A stretch of 64,000 nt of DNA from an uncultured Bacteroidales bacterium (lineage in GTDB: Bacteria > Bacteroidota > Bacteroidia > Bacteroidales > UBA3824): positions 4,709 through 68,708 of the forward strand of contig CAJOJG010000006.1 in the NCBI GenBank assembly GCA_905234655.1, in the 5' to 3' direction. Within the stretch, counting starts at the first letter, position 1. The number at the start of each line of letters is the position of its first letter. The position numbers and the translations under genes are program-made. Below are positions 19,593 through 29,700 of this stretch, piece after piece. The notes below the pieces were generated by a model that saw only the letters and a program-made list of their open reading frames with translations, made no database searches and had not been told where the DNA came from.

Positions 19593-20900
19593 ATGAAACA
19601 AGCACTTAAATATATTGCCCTTGGCATAATCTTGTCAGCGGGCGCGCCGCTCGCCTCATGCGGAGATGACGATGAGGTAATCGACTACACAACGAAGCCG
19701 CAGGAGGAGGAGAAACCCGATACGAGCGGCACGAAAAAGGTCCTCGACGAGAACTCCGGCCTTAAGGAGTACCTCGACCGCGACAAGCACCCGATGTTCA
19801 AGGTTTCCGGCGCGCTCGACGTGACCGAGTTCCATAATAACAACAACGGAATCGCCGACATAGTTAAGGTTAACTTCGATGAGATTGTGGCAGGTAATGC
19901 GATGAAGTACGCCTCGTGCGTCAACTGGAACGGCGACCTCAACTATGACCGCGTCAAGCAGTTCGTCGCCGATGCGAAGGCCAATGGGCTGTCGATATAC
20001 GGCCACACCCTCGCCTGGCATTCCCAGCAGCAGCCGGCCTACCTGCTCGGGCTGATGTCCGACGGCATGACGCAGGCCGAGAGGCGCGAGGTTTTGACCA
20101 CCGCCATGCAAAAATGGATAAAGGGCATGATGGAGGCTACCGACGGCTTTGTGAAGGCGTGGGACGTATGTAACGAGCCAATCTCCGGCAAGGACGGCGA
20201 CGGCGACGGAATCTACGACCTCCAGGACTATGACAATGCCAATATCGACCCGACGTCGGTCCAGTCCGGCGTGTTCTACTGGCAGTATTACATGGGCGAC
20301 CTGGAGTATGTGCGCACGGCTGTGGCTTGTGCCCGCAGGTACTTCAAGGGCAAGGCGGCAGACCTCAAGCTCTTCGTCAACGACTATAACCTCGAGTCCG
20401 ACTGGGACGACAATGCAAAGGTCAAGAGCCTTGTGAAATGGATTGAGAAGTGGGAGTCTGACGGTGTTACAAAGATTGACGGCATTGGCACGCAGATGCA
20501 CATCAGCTGTTATGAGAACGCCGACATCCAGAAGAGCATCGAGGACCATATAGTCAAGATGTTCGAGATTATGGCTGCAAGTGGCAAACTTTGCCGCATC
20601 TCCGAGCTCGACATGGGATATGTGCGCGGCGACCGGCGTTGGGGCGCATCGCCGTTGAAGACTGCCGAAGTCACCGCCGCCGAGCATAAAAAGATGGCGG
20701 AGTTCTACAGGTTCATTGTCAAGAAGTACCTCGAAATAATCCCCGTCGACCAGCAGTACGGCATCTGCCAGTGGTGCTTGACGGACGCGCCTGAAAAGTC
20801 AGGCTGGAGGGGCGGCGAGCCTGTCGGATTTTGGACCGAGGGGTTCAAGGAGAAGAAAGCCACGTTCTATGGTTTTGCCAACGGACTGGCCGAGAAGTAG
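19593..20900 (+). CDS. GH10 endo-1,4-beta-xylanase, lipoprotein, single domain
   Basis: 435 aa. Lipobox LASCGDDDEV. Motifs: AGNAMKY, YGHTLAWHSQQP, acid/base WDVCNEP, FVNDYNLE, GIGTQMH, nucleophile CRISELDM. Confidence 0.9.
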   Translation: MKQALKYIALGIILSAGAPLASCGDDDEVIDYTTKPQEEEKPDTSGTKKVLDENSGLKEYLDRDKHPMFKVSGALDVTEFHNNNNGIADIVKVNFDEIVAGNAMKYASCVNWNGDLNYDRVKQFVADAKANGLSIYGHTLAWHSQQQPAYLLGLMSDGMTQAERREVLTTAMQKWIKGMMEATDGFVKAWDVCNEPISGKDGDGDGIYDLQDYDNANIDPTSVQSGVFYWQYYMGDLEYVRTAVACARRYFKGKAADLKLFVNDYNLESDWDDNAKVKSLVKWIEKWESDGVTKIDGIGTQMHISCYENADIQKSIEDHIVKMFEIMAASGKLCRISELDMGYVRGDRRWGASPLKTAEVTAAEHKKMAEFYRFIVKKYLEIIPVDQQYGICQWCLTDAPEKSGWRGGEPVGFWTEGFKEKKATFYGFANGLAEK

Positions 20901-20919
20901 TTAATTATTTCTTAAATTA

Positions 20920-22221
20920 ATGATTCGTATGAAAAACACATTCAAATATTTGGCACTTTGTCTTATCGCCGGATTGACTTTCGCGTCCTGCGGCGATGAT
21001 GACGAGGTCATGGACTACACAAAGCCGGACAACAACGAGCCGGAGCCTGCGCCGGTGTCCATTGACGAGGTTTTCGCCAATGATGTCCACGTAGAAGGCC
21101 GCTATCTGAAGGACGGCAGCGGCAATGTCATTAATCTCCACGGCATGGCGCAGACCTACAGTCCGTGGTTCAACCGTGTTGACGGCAAGGAGACTTGGAG
21201 CGGCTACGATGTCGCCGGATGCCTTAGCGTCAATCAGGAAAAGCTCAGGAAAATCATGGATGCCGGTTGGTGCATGGATTTTGTGCGCCTGCACATGGAT
21301 CCGCATTGGACAGTGAAGGACAAGAACGACAACGGCGGCGAGGGCACTGCCCACCTTTTCTATGACGAGGACAGGTTCAAGAAGTATCTTGACGAAGTGT
21401 TTGTGCCGATGGCGGAGTACATCCAAAGCCTTGGCATGAGGGTTTTGATGCGCCCTCCGGGAGTATGCCCGCAGACTATCGCGCTTAACGACGAGTACCA
21501 CAAGTACATGATTAAGGTCTGGACGATAGTCGCAAGCCACAAGAAGCTCAAGAACAATCCCAAAATCATGTTCGAGCTTGCCAACGAGCCGGTCAACTTC
21601 CATGCGTCCGACGGCAGCGAGGGCGCGAGCGGCGGCTTGATTGACAAGGAGCTCAGCGAGTTTTTCCAAAGCGTCGTCGACAAGATCCGCGGCCTTGGCT
21701 GTAACAATATCCTGTGGGTTCCCGGCACAAGCTGGCAGCAGAACTACCAGGCATACGTCAACTATCCCATAAAGGGCGACAACATCGGCTATGCCGTCCA
21801 CTGTTATCCGGGATGGTACGGCAGCGACTGCTACCAGCAGACCGGCGAGATTGCGCCCGACATGTGGCGTGGCTCCGAGGGTGGATATAAAGGCTTTAAG
21901 AAAGGCTGGGACGAGTCCGTCACAAACGGCGTCGCGCAGACTAACCCCATTATTGTAACCGAGATGGACTGGGCGTCCCAGGCGTTCAAGGGCCGTACTT
22001 GGGGCAGCTCGATAACCGGCACTGCCGGTGGACAGGGCTTCGGCGCAAACTTCAAGAAAATCATGGACGAGACTGGAAACGTAAGCTGGCTTACGTTCGT
22101 TTGGGACTATGATCTGGCATCCTTCGACCCGAACCACAAGTCCGATTCGAGCGATTTCCTCTATGACCCAGAGTCCGGCGTGTACCCTGTCTACCAGTGG
22201 TTCAAGGCTTATCGGAAATAA
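20920..22221 (+). CDS. GH5-family glycoside hydrolase lipoprotein (xylan-PUL-associated; subfamily not determinable here)
   Basis: 433 aa. Lipobox FASCGDDDEV. Motifs: NLHGMAQTYSPWF, the acid/base context MFELANEPVNF, and the nucleophile context PIIVTEMDWA. The antisense ORF 20917-22137 was rejected. Confidence 0.8.
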   Translation: MIRMKNTFKYLALCLIAGLTFASCGDDDEVMDYTKPDNNEPEPAPVSIDEVFANDVHVEGRYLKDGSGNVINLHGMAQTYSPWFNRVDGKETWSGYDVAGCLSVNQEKLRKIMDAGWCMDFVRLHMDPHWTVKDKNDNGGEGTAHLFYDEDRFKKYLDEVFVPMAEYIQSLGMRVLMRPPGVCPQTIALNDEYHKYMIKVWTIVASHKKLKNNPKIMFELANEPVNFHASDGSEGASGGLIDKELSEFFQSVVDKIRGLGCNNILWVPGTSWQQNYQAYVNYPIKGDNIGYAVHCYPGWYGSDCYQQTGEIAPDMWRGSEGGYKGFKKGWDESVTNGVAQTNPIIVTEMDWASQAFKGRTWGSSITGTAGGQGFGANFKKIMDETGNVSWLTFVWDYDLASFDPNHKSDSSDFLYDPESGVYPVYQWFKAYRK

Positions 22222-22253
22222 TTATTGACAAACAGTTCCTAATCAAAAATAAA

Positions 22254-23201
22254 ATGTTGAAAAAAAATATAACTTCATTGTTTGGCGCGGTGGCGCTTGG
22301 CTTTTTGATGGCGTCGGGCGTTGCGTCGTGCGGTGACGACGACGATTCTGTCATCGACTATACAAAGCCTGACCCGGAGCCGGAGGCTGTGGATTCTACG
22401 GACAATCCCACGACCGAAGAACCGAAGATGTCGATTTTTCTGTGTTTTGGACAGTCGAACATGGAAGGCAATGCCGCCGTCGAGGATCAGGACAGGGTCG
22501 ATGTCCCTTCCAATTTCAAGAACATGATTGTCGCAAAGGGCGATGCCGACCATTATGGCGCGGCGCGGTACACATGGCGCAAGGCCGACCCGCCGCTTGC
22601 GAGGTTCACGACCGGGCTTACTCCTGCGGACTATTTCGGCAGGAAGATGGTCGAGAAGCTTGGAGCTGACCATGAGGTCGGGATTGTGATGGTAGCTATC
22701 GGCGGTGCGTCCATCGAGGCTTTCGAGAAGGACAAGTGCAAGGAATATTGTAGCCGCACAGACCATGCCGACTGGTACAAGAACTATCTCGCCGAGTATG
22801 ACAATAATCCCTACGGTGTACTTGTCACTGCGGCTAAGGCGGCACAAAAAAGCGGTGTAATCCGTGGCATACTCCTCCATCAGGGCGAGACTAACAACAC
22901 CGACCCGACATGGCCGGAGACTGTGAAGGCTATCTACAACAACCTCCTGACCGACCTCGGACTCGACGCGGCAAAATGTCCGCTCCTTGCTGGCGAAATG
23001 CTCCGGCAGGAAGAAGGCGGTATATGCTGGGGGCATAATGCGGTCATCGCCACGCTCCCGACCGTAATCCCGACTTCGTATGTCATATCGTCCGAGGGCT
23101 GTAAGGGCAACGGCGTCGACGGCTTCCATTTCTGCGCCGAGGGCTACAGGATTCTCGGCGAGCGGTACGCCGCAAAGATGATTAGCGTAATGAACAAATA
23201 G
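22254..23201 (+). CDS. SASA/CE6-type carbohydrate O-acetylesterase lipoprotein (likely acetylxylan esterase)
   Basis: The start was moved to MLKKNITSLFGAVALGFLMASGVASCGDDDD (ATG 22254). Motifs: GQSNMEGN (SGNH Ser), VAIGGASI, LLHQGETN, DGFHFCAEGY. Confidence 0.8.
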   Translation: MLKKNITSLFGAVALGFLMASGVASCGDDDDSVIDYTKPDPEPEAVDSTDNPTTEEPKMSIFLCFGQSNMEGNAAVEDQDRVDVPSNFKNMIVAKGDADHYGAARYTWRKADPPLARFTTGLTPADYFGRKMVEKLGADHEVGIVMVAIGGASIEAFEKDKCKEYCSRTDHADWYKNYLAEYDNNPYGVLVTAAKAAQKSGVIRGILLHQGETNNTDPTWPETVKAIYNNLLTDLGLDAAKCPLLAGEMLRQEEGGICWGHNAVIATLPTVIPTSYVISSEGCKGNGVDGFHFCAEGYRILGERYAAKMISVMNK

Positions 23202-23242
23202 TGCAAAAAAATATTTGTTATTCTCATTAAAAAGTATTTCCT

Positions 23243-25003
23243 TTGTGGGAAACTAATCACAAATTTTCGATGGGAATATTCCGCATTTTGTCGCCGGTGG
23301 TTTTTGCCGCCGTGGTGTTTGTCTGTTATGGAGTCCTTCATCCCGAGTGGTTCAACTACCATGAGCAGTACCAGCTGTTCATGTTCGGGTGGGAGTATCT
23401 GTCGGAGCACGTCGCCGTTGCATCGGGCATGGCGGGGTATATGGCGGAGTTTGTGGTTCAATTTTATTTTTTTCCAATTCTTGGCGCGGTAATGTGGGCA
23501 GGATTGCTGGTTCTTATGGGATGGCTCGTGTGGAAAGTCGCACGGCTGTTGGACGGCGGCTGCTCACATTACGCGCTTTGTTTTTTGCCGCCGTTGGCGG
23601 TTGCGCTCTATTGTGGCGATGAGAATGTCATGATGGCGTTTCCGATGTCGATATTGTTGGCGTTGGTGTCGGCGTTTTCTTATGGAAAGTCCACTTGCTC
23701 ATGGCGCGGCTGGGCGCAGGTGGCGGTGATTCCGTTGTTGTATTGGATTATGGGTTATGGCGTTTTTGTGTACGCCGCGCTCTCGTTGGCTCTCGACCGT
23801 AGGAAGTTCGGCTACGATGCAGCAAGAACTCTCTTGATGGTCGGGGTGTATGTGGTCGTGATTTCCATGACGATTGTCCTCGTGGGGCATACCGTCATGA
23901 AACAATATCCGTTCATCGACATAGTTTGTGGCGTTAATTTTTACCGAGAAAGGCTCGTCGTTCCGATGATGCAGCACGTCGTCGCGGTGTGTTGTGTGGT
24001 TGTGCCGGTGGTCATGCCGCTGTTGAAGCAGTCGGGTAGGGTAGTGGCGATAGTCGAGGCGGCGGTCATGGCGTTGGTACTGCCGGTGTCAAGTTCAAAG
24101 ACCTTCGACAATGTCGTTTATCCGCTTTTAAAGATTGACTACCTCGTCCGCAATCAGGAATGGGCGAAGGTCGTCAAGTTTTGTGAACAAAATCCGCCGA
24201 CTAACGACATGGGCGCCTCCGGGCTCAATCTTGCCCTCGCGATGACTGGTCAGCTGCCCGACAGGATGTTCGAGTTTCCTCAATACGGCAAGAACGGGCT
24301 GTTGTCGAGTTTTGAGCGCAACATGGTCTCGTGCGGCATTACTGCCGAGGCTTGCTATTACCTTGGCCTTATAAATTCGGTTTTGCGGTATAATTATGAC
24401 AGCCAGGCGGCTATCGTCAACTGCAACATGAGCGGCCGTTTTACGCGCAGGATAGCGGAGGCGTACATGCTCAACGGTAACTATGAACTCGCCATGAAAT
24501 ACGCCGACCTGCTCAAGAAAACTGTGTTCTACAGGCCTTGGGCAAAGCGTGTCGAAGATTGTTGCAAGAATCCGGCGACGATTGGGCAGTCCAAACGATG
24601 GGCGGTGATTATGCGCCACAGATTGCCTGAAAACCAGTTGTTTTCAGTGACTGACATGGATGCCATGCTGCTCAATCTCTATAAACATTCGCCGGACAAT
24701 GCCATGGCGTTGCAGTACTCCTTGGCGTGTGACCTTCTTGACGGCAAGATGAAGAATTTTGTCAACACGATGTCGCAGACTTTCGACGACAATTCACGTA
24801 TGCCGAGGGTATATCAGGAGGCTTTGGCGTGGGTCTACCTGCAACGTCAAGGCACATTGAAAGGCGTTCCCGATTTCATATCCAATGAAGTCCAGGCTGA
24901 TTTGCGCGATTTTGACAGGTTGTACATGATGGATCGTAACAATCCGCAATTACGCCAAGGCCGGCTCGCAAAGACCTTCTGGGGCTATACGATACGTCAA
25001 TAG
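23243..25003 (+). CDS. Polytopic inner-membrane protein with a soluble helical C-terminal half (resembles DUF6057 from memory; unverified)
   Basis: 586 aa. About 8 hydrophobic spans fall in the first ~300 aa. The C-terminal half is TPR-like and helical (AEAYMLNGNYELAMKYADLLKK). The true start could be the internal MGIFRIL. Confidence 0.6.
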   Translation: MWETNHKFSMGIFRILSPVVFAAVVFVCYGVLHPEWFNYHEQYQLFMFGWEYLSEHVAVASGMAGYMAEFVVQFYFFPILGAVMWAGLLVLMGWLVWKVARLLDGGCSHYALCFLPPLAVALYCGDENVMMAFPMSILLALVSAFSYGKSTCSWRGWAQVAVIPLLYWIMGYGVFVYAALSLALDRRKFGYDAARTLLMVGVYVVVISMTIVLVGHTVMKQYPFIDIVCGVNFYRERLVVPMMQHVVAVCCVVVPVVMPLLKQSGRVVAIVEAAVMALVLPVSSSKTFDNVVYPLLKIDYLVRNQEWAKVVKFCEQNPPTNDMGASGLNLALAMTGQLPDRMFEFPQYGKNGLLSSFERNMVSCGITAEACYYLGLINSVLRYNYDSQAAIVNCNMSGRFTRRIAEAYMLNGNYELAMKYADLLKKTVFYRPWAKRVEDCCKNPATIGQSKRWAVIMRHRLPENQLFSVTDMDAMLLNLYKHSPDNAMALQYSLACDLLDGKMKNFVNTMSQTFDDNSRMPRVYQEALAWVYLQRQGTLKGVPDFISNEVQADLRDFDRLYMMDRNNPQLRQGRLAKTFWGYTIRQ

Positions 25004-25039
25004 TTGAAATCATAAATCAATAAATCAAAAAATCAATAA

Positions 25040-26494
25040 ATGAGACTGCTGGTTTGGATATTGGTTTGCGTGATGGTCTTGGCGGGATGCTCGCCGATGC
25101 CGGAAAATGTCACGAAAGTTGGTGGTTTTCCGCCGATTTTTCCTGACTATGAGGGCGTGACGATACCTGTGGACATTGTGCCGCTCAATTTTAATGTTGA
25201 CGGTGCGGAGTATGTCTATGCCACCGCCACTGGCAGTATCGGCGGCGAGTTGACAGCCAAGGGCGAGTGGGCGGATTTTGACATCGAAGGCTGGCACTTC
25301 CTTACGCGAGAGAACATGGGCGGTAAGATTGTGGTCGCCGTCACTGCAAAAATCGACGGCAAGTGGCTCGAATACATGCCTTTCGATATTTTCGTCAGCA
25401 CAGATTCATTGTCAGTTTACGGTCTGACGTACCGCAAGATTGCGCCAGGGTACGAGACTTTCAGCAATATTGGCATTTTTCAGCGTGACATCCATACTTT
25501 TGACGAGACCGCCATCGTCAACCATACCGCGCTACAGGGCGAGTGCATGAATTGCCATGTCGCGAACCGTTGTAACCCAGACCGTTTCCAACTCCATATC
25601 CGTGGTCGACACGCAGCGACCCTCGTACAGACGATGGGCAAGCGCAAGCTCCTTCAGACAAAGACCGATTCTACGATTGCTAACTGCATGTACGCATATT
25701 GGCACCCGTCGGGGCGTTATTGTGCCTATTCGCTTAATCTCATTAACCAGTGCTTTTGGGAGGACACGACGAAGTACATCGAGGTTTTTGACCTTGGCTC
25801 CGATGCACTTGTGCTGGACATGGAGAAAGACGAGATTATTCTGTCGCCGCTCTTGAAGACTAAGGATTACGAGTCTTATCCTGTGTTTTCCGCCGATGGA
25901 AAGACCATATATTATTGTACCTCAAAGCCTTGGATTGAGAGTGGGCATATTGAAAAGATGCAGTACGACCTATGCGCGATTTCCTTCGATGAGGCTACCG
26001 GGCGTATCGGCGACCATGTTGACACTATCATTAAGGCATCTGCTTTTGGCAAGAGCATCACTCACCCGCGTCCGAGCTACGATGGCAAATATTTGATGTA
26101 TTCGCTTGCCGATTATTCTGTTTTCCCGATTCACCACCCGGAGGCGGACCTTTATATCATGGATCTTGCCACAGGCGAGAGCCGCGCATTGTCCGAGGTC
26201 AACTCCGACCGTGCCGAGTCGTTCCATAACTGGTCGCCAAACTCCCGGTGGTTCGTGTTCAACAGCCGTCGGTTTAACAATGCAAACAATCTGCTTTATA
26301 TCGCCCATTTTGGCACGGACGGCACGGCTGGAAAGCCTTTCATGTTGCCGCAGCGCAATCCCCGCGAGTTTTACCGTCGGCTGATTCATTCGTACAATGT
26401 CCCCGATTTCACGATACGCCGTGTCGACCTTGACATCAGGTCGTTCGCCGCCGAAATCTACAGCAACGAGAGGATTCAGGTGCAAGTTCGATGA
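25040..26494 (+). CDS. Lipoprotein with TolB/PD40-like beta-propeller repeats and a single CxxCH motif
   Basis: 484 aa. Lipobox VLAGCSP. CMNCH lies at 25544-25558. PD40-like blades: YPVFSADGKTIYYCTS, PRPSYDGKYLMYS, NWSPNSRWFVFNSRR. Confidence 0.6.
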   Translation: MRLLVWILVCVMVLAGCSPMPENVTKVGGFPPIFPDYEGVTIPVDIVPLNFNVDGAEYVYATATGSIGGELTAKGEWADFDIEGWHFLTRENMGGKIVVAVTAKIDGKWLEYMPFDIFVSTDSLSVYGLTYRKIAPGYETFSNIGIFQRDIHTFDETAIVNHTALQGECMNCHVANRCNPDRFQLHIRGRHAATLVQTMGKRKLLQTKTDSTIANCMYAYWHPSGRYCAYSLNLINQCFWEDTTKYIEVFDLGSDALVLDMEKDEIILSPLLKTKDYESYPVFSADGKTIYYCTSKPWIESGHIEKMQYDLCAISFDEATGRIGDHVDTIIKASAFGKSITHPRPSYDGKYLMYSLADYSVFPIHHPEADLYIMDLATGESRALSEVNSDRAESFHNWSPNSRWFVFNSRRFNNANNLLYIAHFGTDGTAGKPFMLPQRNPREFYRRLIHSYNVPDFTIRRVDLDIRSFAAEIYSNERIQVQVR

Positions 26495-26784
26495 CGATTT
26501 TTCAGTCCTCGACCTCGTCGATTGGACTGTTTGAGGTGGACATGTTACATTTTCGTATGGCTATGTTACATTTTTGTAAGAAAATTTTTGCAGGTTGTGT
26601 TGCATTATTTCAAAACTATTTCGTAAAATTGCATACTCAAAAATTGATATATTGATATAGTTTGTTAGCGATAGGATTTAGAAGAAAACTGTTTGAAAAA
26701 AATAATTGAATTTGTAAATTTTACACTTTATTACTGAACAAAGATACATTTTACTTAATTACTAAACCAAAGTTTAATTAAATT

Positions 26785-29700
26785 ATGCGAAACCAAATTA
26801 AGAGAAGATCAGCAGTCCTGACTCTCTTGTTTTTGCTATTCCCGATGTTGTTGGCGGCGCAGAGGGCCACAATTTCGGGAACGGTGACTGACGAGGGTGG
26901 GTTTGGGCTGCCTGGAGTAAGCATCGTGGAGGTTGGTACTACTAACGGTACGATTTCCGACATGGACGGAAATTTCAGCCTCTCTGTCTCAAAGACGCCT
27001 GCGAGGGTCGCCTTTTCCTTCATTGGATACACCTCGCAGGAAGTGCCGGTAACGGGCAACGCCTCTGGCATCAAGGTGGTGCTCGAGGAAGACACTAAGG
27101 CCATCGACGAAGTGGTGGTGGTCGGCTACGGACAGATGAAACGCTCTGACCTTACGGGCTCGGTCGTTTCTGTCGATGAAAAGTCCATAAGCCGCAGCGT
27201 CCCCACGAGCGTCGACCAAGTGCTTCAAGGCCGTGCCGCAGGTGTCCAAATCCAAGCCAACTCGGGTACGCCGGGTGCGTCGACATCGATCCGTATCCGT
27301 GGTACAAACTCCCTCAACGCCAGCAACCAGCCGATTTTCGTAATCGACGGTGTCGTTGTCGACCCCGCAGGCGCGGATTCTAACGACCCCACATCCTCCA
27401 ACAACCCGTTGGCATCCATCAACCCCTCCGACATTGTGTCGATGGACGTTCTTAAGGACGCTTCCGCCACCGCAATCTATGGCGCGCGCGCCTCCAACGG
27501 CGTCATTATGATTACCACCAAGCGTGGCAAGTCGGGCGAGGCAACCATTACCTACGACGGCTATGTCGGCTGGCAGCAGATGGCCAAGAAACTCGACATG
27601 ATGGATCTCAAGCAATACGCCGCCCACCACAACGCGAGGGCGGCTGCGGGCATCGTAAGTTTCTCTGACGCTTTCGTCAACGTCAACGCTTTGGGCGACG
27701 GCACCGACTGGCAGGAGGCTCTCTTCGACAACGGCGCGTTCATGCAGAGCCACAACCTCTCCGTCACCGGCGGCAATGAAAACAACACATACGCAATGGG
27801 CGCGGGCTATATGAACCAGGACGGTATCGCGGTCGGCTCGGGTTTCCGCCGCCTGACGCTCCGTGGAAATATGGATTCGCAAGTCCGCAAGTGGGTCAAG
27901 AACTCGCTGTCGTTCTCCCTTACTGATTCCAAGCAAGATGTCGGCGCGGACAATACTGTAATCCTCAACGCCTTGCAGTCCCAGCCGAGCGCCGCCCTTA
28001 CAAGTGCCGACGGCTCGTATGACGGTCCTGACAACGGCGACGGCCAGGCCGTCTGGTTGCCGGTCAATCCTATCGCCATGGCGACAATCAAGGAAAACTA
28101 TAACAAGAAGCTCAACTTCCGCATCAACGAGGCTCTCGACTTCAACATCTACAAGGGCATCACGTTCAAGACGGAACTTTCCGCCGACTACAACACCAAC
28201 AAGTTCTACTATTACATGCCCGACTATGCGTTTGGCGTTCTTACGAGGGACACCCGCGAAGGCACATGGACTAACACCACCACTAAATATTGGAGCTGGC
28301 GCAACATCTTGAATTACAGCGAGACATTCGCAGAAAAGCACCGTTTCAACGCGATGCTCGGACAGGAGATGAGCCACAGCCACTGGGAGAGCCAGGCGTC
28401 CTCCGGAAGCGGATTCCTCTCAAACTCCGTACACGACCCCTCCGCAGGCGACCGCGCAGCATCTTCAAGCACCGGCTCGCAAAACAACACTTCGTTGTTC
28501 TCATACTTCGGCCGTCTGTTCTATTCGTTTGACGAGAGGTACATGCTCACATTCACTCTCCGCCGCGACGGTTCTTCGCGTTTCGACGAGGACAAACGTT
28601 GGGGCTGGTTTCCGTCGGCAGCCTTGGCATGGAAGGTGTCGAGTGAAAGCTTCGTAAAGGACTTCGCCGAGAAGATTAAGATGAACAACATGAAAATCCG
28701 CGTCGGCTGGGGTTCTACCGGCAACCAGAATGTCAGCGACTGGCAGTACATCTCACTCCTCGCCTCCAAATCTACTCCGTGGGGATCGGGCGTTTTGGCA
28801 GCCAACACCGCCAACCCCGACCTCCAGTGGGAGACTACAAACTCCGTCAATGCAGGTCTCGACCTCAACTTCCTGAACAACCGCATCGAGTTCATTTTCG
28901 ACTATTACTATAAGAAGACCAAAGACCTCCTCCTCGAGATTGCGCTTCCCGCCATGCTCGGCTCGGAGGGCAACGGCGCGGCTTCAAAACCCTGGGCAAA
29001 CATCGGCTCGATGGAAAACAAGGGTGTCGAGTTCACCCTCAATACCGTCAACATCGACAAGCACGGCTTCCAGTGGCGCACAAACCTCGTGTTCTCCCAC
29101 AACAAGAACAAGATTGTCGAGCTTGATTCGGATTCGGGCATGGTCCCTGGACAGTTCTCCTTCGGCTCCGGCACATGGACAATCACAAAGTCTGTCGTAG
29201 GTGCGCCTGTCGGTCAGTTCTATGGCTACAAGGTAATCGGCAGGTTTGAGAAAGCCGAAGACTTCTACTACCGCGACGCAGACGGCAACTTGAAGCAAGT
29301 GGCAATCCCCACCGGCTCTTCGATTTCAGAATCAGGTACATACATCGGCGACTACATCTTCGAGGACATTAACGATGATGGCGTTATCGACGACCAGGAT
29401 CAGACCGTAATCGGCGACCCCAACCCCGATTTCACTTTTGGTATCGGCAACACGTTCTCTTACAAGGGCTTTGACTTGACGCTCTACTTCAACGGCTCGT
29501 ATGGCAACGACGTGTTCAACCTCAACCGCTACTACATCGACGACGTGAGGGTCAATGGCAATGTCCTCGCCGATGCCGCCGACTATGCAAGGCTCGAGGT
29601 CATCGACCCCGACCTGCCCGACAACGACTACCGCAACCTCCGCGTAGCAAACACCTCGACAATGTATCCGAGGGCTTCTGCCGCCAATACCAACAACAAC

